Source: the human T2T-CHM13v2.0 reference genome, Homo sapiens. From it: a stretch of 64,000 bases of DNA. A model generated the notes under the pieces. That model was not told the origin of the DNA and did not search any database. It saw only the letters and a list, made by a program, of their open reading frames with translations. Positions 52,449 through 64,000 of this stretch are shown piece after piece (within the stretch, counting starts at the first letter, position 1; the number at the start of each line of letters is the position of its first letter). Position numbers and translations under genes: made by a program. The stretch is from assembly GCF_009914755.1 (NCBI RefSeq), contig NC_060947.1; one strand, 5' to 3'.

Positions 52449-55400
52449 TGACCAGAGCTTTTTGCCTTACATATTGATTATATATTATAAATATAGAAAT
52501 ATAACGAGTCACGCTGGAGATGTGGGTGGAAAACTGGCTGAGGAAACTTAGCCTTTAATCAGATTTTTTTTCCTCCCTGTCAAACCAACAAACTTGTCTG
52601 GAACATCTGACAAAATAACCTTTAAAAAAGTACTTGAGGCCTGGTGCAGTGGCTCACACCTGTAATTGCAGCACTTTGGGAGGCCAAGGCAGGTGGATTG
52701 CTTTGAGCTCAGGAATTCAAGACCAGCCTGGCCAATATGGCAATACCCTGTCTCTACTAAAAATACAAAAATTAGCCGGGCATGGTGGCGGTCACCTGTA
52801 ATCCCAGCTACTCTGGAGGCTGAAGCAGGAGAATCGCTTGAAACCCAGAGGCAAAATCTACAGTGAGCCTAGATCACGCCACTGCACTCCAGCCTGGCTG
52901 ACAGAGCAAGACTCTGTCTCAAAAGAAAAAAACAAAACAAAACAAAACACAAAAACCTTCACTATAGTATTATTTCGTGAAAAAATCTTTATCCTGCCCT
53001 GCACATAGTATATCAGTGAATGCATGTTTTAAACATTACAGCCGGGTGCGGTGGCTCACACTTGTAATCCCAGCACTTTGGGAGGCTGAGGCAGGAGGAT
53101 TGCTTGAGGACAGGAGTTTGAGTTTGAGACCAGCCTGGGTAACATAGCAAAACCTCGGTCTCTACCAAACAAACAAACAAACAAAATATTAGCCTGGTGT
53201 TGTGGCACCCTCCTGTAGTACCGGTTACTCAGGAGCCTGAGGTGGGAGGATCGCTTGAGCCCAGGAGGTTGATGCTGCAATGAGGAGTGATCTCACCAAC
53301 TGCACTCCAGCCTCCTTTGCGTCTTGCTCTCAAGTCAGGATGATGAATCGGGGTAATGACTTCATGTGGCCACTAGGAGATCGCAGCTGTTGGAAAACGT
53401 GTTCCTATGCAGTAAGAGAACACCCCATATAAAAGCCGTCTTGAGAAGGCATTCATCCAATTAAAAGGGAAATTGGTGATTTCTCTTTGACAGAATCACT
53501 CCCCATCCTAAAAACTGCATTTTTGTGTATGTCGTATTTATTGATACATTTCCTTAATATTTCCATCATGAAGATGTGTATGGGTTCAAGGAAGGCAGTA
53601 ACTTGTGTGTACAACCTAGCAGTGGCTCATGTGTTTACACACTCAGTAACTTCTGGTGATGTTGAGATGATTATGACAATAGTGATGGTGTTGATAATAA
53701 GAGTGAACTCAATCATATGTGTCTTCTGAAATTCTCAACAGTTTTACATTCACCTAGTGAATTTATAATTCACACATCACATTCTGCCTTGTGGTGTATT
53801 TGTTTCATTATGAGCTTTATCTTTCCAAAAACAGGACTTCTTGAAGAGAATGACTGCGTTTTGCCCATTTTCACTTACCCTGCTAAGGATAGCACAGGTT
53901 CATATATACTAGTAAATCCTTAACGATATTTACATAATTGAAAATAAGTGGTAATGGTTCTTGAAGAATTGCTAGCATGAGACCATAAAAAGGTGCTTAG
54001 TCAAGGCCAAGGACGTTGAATCCTGCTGATCCAAACTACCTGGATTATTGTAGTAACTGACTAACTGGTTTCATTGAATCTATCCTTGCCACTCTTCAAT
54101 GTAACAGTTTTTAGGAATTGATATACTTTATTAGCTACTATGTTATTTTTTATAACAGCTTTGTTGAAATATAATTTATATACCATGTAACTTGTCATTT
54201 AAAGTGTACAACTCAATTTTTTTTAGTATCCTGTGTCACAGAGTTGGACAACCATCACCATGATCAATTTAGAGCTTTTTTAATCATCCCCAGAAGAAAC
54301 CTTATACCCTTTATCTATCACACCCCAGCCACCCCTCCACCCCTATACATCCCAGCTTTAGGCAACCACTAATCTACTTTCTGTCTCTATATATTTGCCT
54401 ATTCTGGATATTCAATATAAATTGAATCATACAATATGTGGTCTTTTGTGACTGGCTTCTCAACATAACATTTTCCAGCAACAAGCTGTGACAACATGTG
54501 TGAAATGTTGTCTGTGAGGGCAGCTCATTGGAGAATTAGTGGCAAGGGTTTTTATTGAGGACTGGTCATACAGGCACCTTCTGCCTAACACATACCAAAA
54601 TTTCAGATTTCTAGGAGGAAATCTTGTGTTCACCATAAGCCATAAGGCAAAGTGAGCTCATCTTATCAATTGGTGTTGTGGTAATCCTCTCCAAATCCAA
54701 CTTCCCAGATGCTAGCCAAAGGCCAACCTTTGTAAGCAGGATTTTCAAATGACAATATTCTTAGGGCTGATATGTTATCTCTGTTCCACACAGATTTTGA
54801 TAGGGATTGTCTTGATTCTGTAGATCAATCTGGGCATTATTGCTATCTTAACAATATTAAGTAAGCTGATCAATGAACACGGGACATCTTTCCATTTATT
54901 TAGGTCTTTCTCTTAATGATGTTTTGTAGTTCTCAGTGTATAAGACAATGTCTATGTTGGATTACATGGATTGATTTTTCAAACTAGCCTTGCATCCCTG
55001 GGATAAATCCCACTTGGTCATGGTATATATTAAATAATACTTTTAATATGTTGCTCAAATTTGTTTGCTAATATCTTGTTAAGAATTTTGTTTCTATATT
55101 CATGAGGGATATTGGCCATGGAGTTTTCTTATTTTGTATTATCTTTGGATGGTTTTGGCATCACTGTAAAAGTGTTCTCATATAAGAAGTTGAGAATTGT
55201 TCCCTTTTCTATTTTATGGAAGAGACATATGTAGAATTGGTATTAATTGTTCTTTAAATATTTTGTTTAATTATCCAGTGAAATCATCTGGGCCTGGAGA
55301 TTTTTCTTTTGGGAAATTTAAAAATTAATAATTTAATTTATTTAAAACTGGGACTATTCAAATGATGTATTTCCTATTGGGTGTGTTATAGCAGTGTGCT

Positions 55401-56063
55401 TTCGAAGGAATTCATCCATTTCTTTTAAGTTGTCAAATTTATGTGTGTAGTGTTGTTTAAAGTATTCCTTTATCCTTTTTATGTCAGTAGGGTCTGTAGC
55501 AGAATCCCCTGTTTTATTTCTTTTAAAAAAACTTTTATTGAGGTATAATTGATATATTAATACAAAGAACTGCATATATTTAATGTGTATAATTTGACGA
55601 ACTTGTTCATATATAAACACTCATTATTCCATTACCATAATCAAGGTAGTAGACACATCCAACACCAGCCAAAGTTTCCTTGTGTTCCTTTGTTGTTGTT
55701 GGGTGTTTTCTTGGCAAGAACACTTAACATGATATCTACCCTCTTAACAAATTTTGAAGTGCCCAATGCTGTTAACTACAGGCACTCTGTTGTACAGCAG
55801 ATCTGTAAAATTTATTAATCTATGTCATTTCTGATATTGCTAATTTGTGTCTTCTTTTTCTTTGTCAATCTTGGTAGAGGTTTGCCAGGTTTTTAATCTT
55901 TTCAAAGAACCAGACTTCATTTAATTGATTTTTACTATTGGTTTTTCTGTTTTTAATTTCACTGATTTCTGCTTTTATCATTATTTTTTCCTAAGTTATG
56001 CTTGCATTGGATTTATTTTTCTCTTCTTTTTCTAGTATTGAGGTGGGTGCTTAGAGTATTGAC
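52449..56063 (+). repeat. Tandem segmental duplication, copy 2
   Basis: Begins tgaccagagctttttgcctta and ends gaggtgggtgcttagagtattgac, as copy 1 does. Confidence 0.95.
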
Positions 56064-56131
56064 TTTTAAGCTTTTCCTCTTTTCTAATATTAAATAGTGT
56101 TATAAATTTACCTTTCAGTTTTAGCTGTGGC

Positions 56132-56133
<2 letters not shown>

Positions 56134-56184
<51 letters not shown>
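56134..56184. repeat. (TA)n microsatellite followed by AT-rich low complexity to ~56410
   Basis: About 25 perfect TA units. Confidence 0.95.
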
Positions 56185-56188
<4 letters not shown>

Positions 56189-56614
56189 AGCTGTGACCCA
56201 CGTATATATGTATATATGGTATCATCTATTCTATATATATCATCTGTCTCTCTCCCTATATATGTACAATATATATTTTATTAAATAGTATATAATATTG
56301 TATTTTATGTATAATAAAATATATAATGAAATATAATATATAATACAATATATTTATGTATATAATATGTACACTTATTATATATAAATTTAAAAATGAA
56401 TATATCTATTTTAAATAGAGACAGAATGTCCCTACGTTGCTCAGGGTGGTCTTGAACTCCTGGCCTCAGGTTATTGTCCCCATGTTTGCCTCTCAAATTG
56501 CTGGTATTACAGGTGTGAGCCACCACACCTGGCCCACAAATTTTGATGTGTTGTATTTTCGTTTTCATTCAGTTCAGTGTTTTTTTTTTATTTTGATTAA
56601 ACCTTCATCTTTGA

Positions 56615-56964
<350 letters not shown>

Positions 56965-57484
56965 CTGTTGTTCTGTTATTCTTGTCACTGATTTCTAGTT
57001 TGATCCCATTGTGGTCAGAGAACATACTGTGTTATGAGTTCAATTCTTATTTTATTTGCTGAGATTTGTTTTACAATTGAGGGCATCATCTATTTTGGTG
57101 AAAGTTCCATGGGCACTTGAAATGAATGTGTATTTTTTTTTTTTTTGCGGGGGGATCGTGTTCTATAAATGTCAATTAGATTCTGTTTGTTGCTGTTGTT
57201 GTTGAATTCCTCTATACCCTTGCTGATTTTTTATCTAGCTGATTTTTAAAAATCAATTATTGAGAGAGGGATGTTGAAGTCTCCAACTGTAAATGTGGAT
57301 TTGTCTATTTTTCCTTTCAATTCTGTCAGTCTTTGCTTCGTGTATTTTGCAGATCTGATGGTTGGTACATACACGTTTGAGATTTCTGTATCTTCTTGGT
57401 CGATTGACTCTTTTATTATTATGTAATGTTTCTCTCTGACCCTGTTAATTTACTTTGCTCTGATATTACTTTAACTGATATTAA

Positions 57485-58243
<759 letters not shown>

Positions 58244-58942
58244 TGGGGTGTGCTTTTTAAAATTCACTTTGCCAATATCTGTCTTTTAATTGTTTTACTT
58301 AATTTATTTACATTTAATATGATTATTGATCTGTCATATCTTAAGTTTGCCATTTTTATTTTTTGTTTTCTGGTTATTCCTTCTAGTTTTCATTTTTATA
58401 TTTTCTTTTTCTTTCTGCCTTCCAGTCAGTTACATGAACATTCACTATAATTCCATTTGGATGCATCTATAGTGGTTTTGAGTGTCTCTCTTCACATGGC
58501 TTTCACAGTGGTTGCTCTGGGTATTACTCTGTGTGTGTGTGTGTGTGTGTATTTTCAGATTCTTCTGGAGTTATCATTTCGCAGTTTGAGAGAGGTATAG
58601 AAACGTTTCCTTCCTTTACATCTCTTTATCCTCCTTTATTTTTTGATATTACTGTTTTTAACATTTCCTGTACCTACATTGAGAACCACATCAGACCATG
58701 TTCTAATTTTTGCCATAACTGTCAAACATATTTGAGAAAACTCAGGATCAGAAGGAAAGTCTGTTGAATTGACCCATACTTTGCTCTTTCTATTGTTCTT
58801 TCTTCCTGATGTTTTAAGATTCCTTCTTTTGTACCTTTTTTTTTAATTTGTAAATTTTCTATTCTATTGGGGTAGATTTACTGGCAACAAATTCTCTTAA
58901 TTTTCCTTCATCTGAGAATGTCTTGAGTTTCCCTTCACTCTT

Positions 58943-59246
58943 GTTTTTTTTTTTTTTTTTTTTTTTGAGACGGAGTCTTGCTCTGTGGCCCAGGCTGGAG
59001 GGCAGTGGCACAATCTCGGCTCACTGCAACCTCCGCCTCCCAGTTCGCGCCATTCTCCTGCCTTAGCCTCCTGAGTAGCTGGGACTACAGGCGTCCGCCA
59101 CCACGTCCGGCTAATTTTTTGTATTTTTAGTAGAGACGGGGTTTCACCGTGTTAGCCAGGATGGTCTCCATCTCCTGACCTCGTGATCTGCCCACCTTGG
59201 CCTCCCAAAGTGCTGGGATTACAGGCATGAGCCACCGCACCCGGCC
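58943..59246 (-). mobile_element. Young Alu (AluY/Sc-like)
   Basis: Long poly-T, CpG-rich body, tttcccttcact on both flanks. Confidence 0.88.
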
Positions 59247-59964
59247 ATTTTTCCCTTCACTGTTGAAGGATATTTTCCCTGGATATTGAATTCTGAGTTT
59301 AGAGCTGTTTTCTTTTAGTTTTTGGAAAATATTGTGTCATCTTCTTCTGGGCTGCACAGTTTCTGATGAGAAATCTACTGTTATTCAGAAATTTTTACTT
59401 CTATTAGAAATATTTCATTACCCTCTTGCTGCCTTCAAAGTTTTTTTCTGTGTTGTTAAGTTTCAGAAGTTTTATGATGTGTTTATTATGTTAATTACTT
59501 TGGGTTTATCCTGTTTACGATTTGCTTAGCATCTTCAGTCTAGATTTATATCTCTCCCAGATTTGGGAAATTTTCGGTCTTATTTCTGAAACTAAGCATT
59601 TTTGTAGTAAAGATTAATAGAAGTAGAATCTCTGGGTAAAAGGGTTCAAACATTTGAAATCCAACAGATATTTTCAAATAACCCTCCCAAAGTTTATGGC
59701 AGTTTTTATTTGCATCGACAGTGAATACAAATGACTGTTTACCCACTCCCCCATCAACAGAAGTTATTATCAATATATTAAACCTTTGCCAGTGTCCTAA
59801 ACAAAAATAATCTATTGTTGTTTTAATCTGCATTTATTTTTAGTGAAATTGAACATATTTTCATGGTTAGTGGTCATTTGTATTTCTTTTCTAATTGTTC
59901 ATTTTCTTGCCAATTTTTTGATGGGAAGTTCATCTATTTTATTGATCATAGAGTTCTCGTACAT

Positions 59965-62900
59965 TTTTTCTTATACTTTAAGTTCTAGGATACATGTGCA
60001 GATGGTGCAGGCTTGTTACATCGGTATACATGTGCCATGGTGGTTTGCTGCATCCATCAACCCATCATCTACATTAGGTATTTCTCCTAATGCTATTCCT
60101 CCCCTAGGCCCCCACCCCCTGACTGGCCCGGGTGTGTGATGTTCCCCTCACTGTGTCCATGTGTTCTCATTTTTCAACTCCCAGTTATGAGTGAGAACAT
60201 GTGGTGTTTGGTTTGCTGTTCCTGTGTTAGTTTGCCTAGAATGATGGTTTCCAGCTTCATCCATGTCCCTGCAAAGGACATGAACTCATCCTTTTTTATG
60301 GCTGTATAGTATTCCATGGTGTATATGTGCCACATTTTCTTTATCCAGTATATCACTGATGGGCATTTGGGTTGGTTCCAAGTCTTTGCTATTGTGAATA
60401 GTGCTGCAATAAACATACATGTGCATGTGTCTTTATAGTAGAGTGATTTATAATCCTTTGGGCATATACCCAGTGATGGGATTGCTGAATCAAATGGTAT
60501 TTCTCATTCTAGGTCCTTGAGGAATTGCCACACTGTCTTCCACAATGGTTGAACTAATTTACACTCCCAAGTGTAAAAGTGTTCCTATTTCACCACATCC
60601 TCTGCAGCATCTGTTTCCTGACTTTTTAATGATCGCCATTCCAACTGGCATGAGATGGTATCTCATTGCGGTTTTGATTTGTATTTCTCTGGTGACCAGT
60701 GATGATGAGCTTTTTTTCATATGTTGGCCATATAAATGTCTTCTTTTGAGAAGTGTCTGTTCATATCCTTTGCTCATTTTTTGATGGGGTTGTTTGTTTT
60801 TTTCTTGTAAATTTGTTTAAATTCTTTGTAGATTCTGGATATTAGCCCTTTGTCAGATGGATAGATTGCAAAAATTTTCTCCCATTCTGTAGGTTGCCTT
60901 TTCACTCTTATGGTAGTTTATTTTGCTGTGCAGAAGCTCTTTAGTTTAATTAGATCCAATTTGTCAATTTTGGCTTTTGTTGCCATTGCTTTTGGTGTTT
61001 TAGTCATGAAGTCTTTGCCCATGCCTATGTCCTGAATGGTATTGCCTAGGTTTTCTTCGGGGGTTTTTATGGTTTTAGGTCTTACGTTTAAGTCTTTAAT
61101 CCATCTTGAGTTAATTTTTGTATAAGGCATAAGGAAGGGGTCCAGTTTCAGTTTTCTGCATATGGCTAGCCAGCTTTCCCAACACCATTTATTAAATGGG
61201 GAATCCGTTCCCCATTGCTTGTTTTTGTCAAGTTTGTCAAAGATCAGATGGTTGTAGATGTGTGGCATTATTTCTGAGGCCTCTGTTCTGTTTTATTGGT
61301 CTATATATCTGTTTTGGTACCAGTACCATGTTGTTTTGGTTACTGTAGCCTTGTAGTATAGTTTGAAGTCAGGTAGCATGATGCCTCCAGCTTTGTTCTT
61401 TTTGCTTAGGATTGTCTTGGCTATCCGGGCTCTTTTTTGTTTTCATATGAAATTTAAAGTAGTTTTTTCTAATTCTGTGAAGAAAGTCAATGGTAACTTG
61501 ATGAGGATAGCATTGAATCTATAAATTACTTTGGGCAGTGTGGCCATTTTTATGATATTGATTCTTCCTATCCATGAGCATGGAATGTTTTTCCGTTTGT
61601 TTGTGTCCTCTCTTTTTTCCTTAAGCAGTGGTTTGTAGTTCTCCGTGAAGAGGTCCTTCAAATCCCTTGTAAGTTGTATTCCTAGGAATTTTATTCTCTT
61701 TGTAGCAATTGTGAATGGGAGCTCACTCATGATTTGGCTCTCTGTCTCTTATTGGTGGATAGGAATGCTTGTGATTTTTGCACATTGATTTTGTATCCTG
61801 AGACTTTGCTGAAGTTGCTTATCAGCTTAAGGAGATTTTGGGCTGAGACGATGGGGTTTTCTAAAGATACAGTCATGTCATCTGCAAACAGAGACAATTT
61901 GATTTCCTCTCTTCCTATTTGAATACACTTTATTTCTTTCTCTTGCCTGATTGCCCTGGCCAGAACTTCCAATACTATGCTGAATAGGAGTGGTGAGAGA
62001 GGGCATCCTTGTCTTGTGCCGGTTTTCAAAGGGAATGTTTCCAGCTTTTGCCCATTCAGTATGATATTGGCTGTGGGTTTGTCATAAATAGCTCTTATTA
62101 TTTTGAGATACATTCCATCAGTACTTAGTTTATTGAGAGTTTTTAGCATGAAGATGTGTTGAATTTTATCGAAGACCTTTTCTGCATCTATTGAGATAAT
62201 CATGTGATTTTTGTCATTGGTTCTGTTTATGTGATGGATTACGTTTATTGATTTGCGTATGTTGACGTGAACCATCCTTGCATCCCAGGGATGAAGCCAA
62301 CTTGATCGTGGTGGATAAGCTTTTTGATGTGCTGCTGCATTTGGTTTGCCAGTATTTTATTGAGGATTTTTGCATCAATGTTCGTCAGGGATATTGGCCT
62401 GAAATTTTCTTTTCTTGTTCTGTCTCTGCCAGGTTTTGTTATCAGGATGATGCTGAACTCATAAGATGAGTTATGGAGGAGTACCTCTTTTTCTATTGTT
62501 TGGAATAGTTTCAGAAGGAATGGTACCAGCTCCTGTTTGCACCTCTGGTAGAATGCGGTTGTGAATCCGTCTGGTCCTGGGCTTTTTTTGGTTGGTAGTC
62601 TATTAGTTACTGCCTCAATTTCAGGACTTGTTGTTGGTCTATTCAGGGATTCGATTTCTTCCTTGTTTAGTCTTGGGAGGGTGTACGTGTCCAGGAATGT
62701 ATCCCTTTCTTCTAGATTTTCTAGTTTATTTGCATAGAGGTGTTTATAGTATTCTCTGATGGTAGTTTGTACTTCTCTGGGATCAGTGGTGATATCCCCT
62801 TTATTGTTTTTTATTGTGTCTGTTTGGTTCTTCTCTCTTTTCTTCTTTATTAGTCTGGCTAACAGTTTATCTATTTTGTTAATCTTTTCAAAAAACCAGC

Positions 62901-64000
62901 TCCTGTATTCTTCGATTTTTTGAAGGGTTTTTCATGTGTCTGTCTCCTTCAGTTCTGCTCTGATCTTAGTTATTTCTTGTCTTCTGCTAGCTTTTGAATT
63001 TGTTTGCTCTCGCTTCTCTAGTTCTTTTCATTGTGATGTTAGGGTGTTGATTTTAGATCTTTCCTGCTTTCTCCTGTGGGCATTTAGTGCTATAAATTTC
63101 CCTCTAAACACTGCTTTAGCTGTGTCCCAGAGATTCTGGTATGTTGTGTCTTTGTTCTCATTGGTTTCAAAGAACTTACTTATTTCTGCCTTAATTTTGT
63201 TATTTACCCAGTAGTCATTCAGGAGCAGGGTGTTCAGTTTCCATGTACTTGTGTGGTTTTGAGTGAGTTTCTTAATCTTGAGTACTAATTTGATTGCACT
63301 GTGGTCTGACGGACTGTTATGATTTCCGTTCTTTTGCATTTGCTGAGGAGTGTTTTACTTCCAATTATGTGGTCAATTTTAGAATAAGTGCAATGTGGTG
63401 CTGAGAAGAATGTATATTCTGTTGATTTGGGGTAGAGAGTTCTGTAGATGTCTATTAGGTCCACTTGGTCCAGAGCTGAGTTCAAGTCCTGAATATCCTT
63501 GTTAATTTTCTCTCTCGTTGATTTGCCTAATATTGACAGTGGGGTGTTAAAGTCTCCCACTATTATTGTGTGGGAGTCTAAGTCTCTGTAGGTTTCTAAG
63601 AACTTGCTTTATGAATCTGGGTGCTCCTGTATTAGATGCTTATATATTTAGGATAGTTAGCTCTGGTTGTTGCACTGATCCCTTTACCATTATGTAATGC
63701 CCTTCTTTGTTTTTTTTTGATCTTTGTTGGTTTAAAGTCTGTTTTAGAGACTAGGTTTGCAACCCCTGCTTTTTTTGCTTTTAATTTGCTTGGTAAATAT
63801 TCCTCCATCCCTTTATTTTGAGCCTATGTGTGTCTCTGCACATGTGATGGGTTTCCTGAATACAGCACACCGATGGGTCTTGACTCTTTATCCACTTTGC
63901 CAATCTGTGTCTTTTAATTGGGGCATTTAGCCCGTTTACATTTAAGGTTAATATTTTTATGTGTGAATTTGATCCTGTCATTATGATCCTAGCTGGTTAT
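59965..64000 (-). mobile_element. L1PA (L1PA7/8-like) 3'UTR plus disrupted ORF2, continuing beyond the window
   Basis: ORF track fragments MTGSNSHI (EN start, 63981), [22 protein letters not shown] and SLFADDM (RT), and the C-terminus; broken by stops and frameshifts. Confidence 0.95.

Noticed and set aside
60174-63981. Active L1 reverse transcriptase/endonuclease
   Set aside because: ORF2 is split into many fragments by stops and frameshifts.

Overview
Repeat-rich primate, almost certainly human, genomic DNA. The only protein-coding gene I can support is AKAP4 (sperm fibrous-sheath A-kinase anchor protein 4). It lies on the minus strand as six GT-AG coding exons (42547..32612) that splice to 854 aa, with a probable alternative non-coding first exon ending at 41888. 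From memory AKAP4 is X-linked (Xp11.22) and head-to-head with CCNB3; a CpG-rich promoter-like patch at ~46.1-46.6 kb may be its 5' end, but no CCNB3 coding sequence is visible. The rest is mostly transposon-derived: a nested hAT-Blackjack fossil carrying MLT1, Alu, MER21 and a solo LTR12C; a MER85 piggyBac MITE; a Y3 RNA retrocopy; a twin-primed L1PA2; ERV1 solo LTRs; many Alus; and an L1PA running off the right edge. The most unusual structure is local sequence copying: an old ~3.6-5 kb tandem duplication with an inverted 64-bp piece at its junction, an internally amplified Alu array, and two short templated copies. I see no convincing novel gene system; the findings are structural and regulatory hypotheses. 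Repeat family names come from recalled consensus sequences, not a search.
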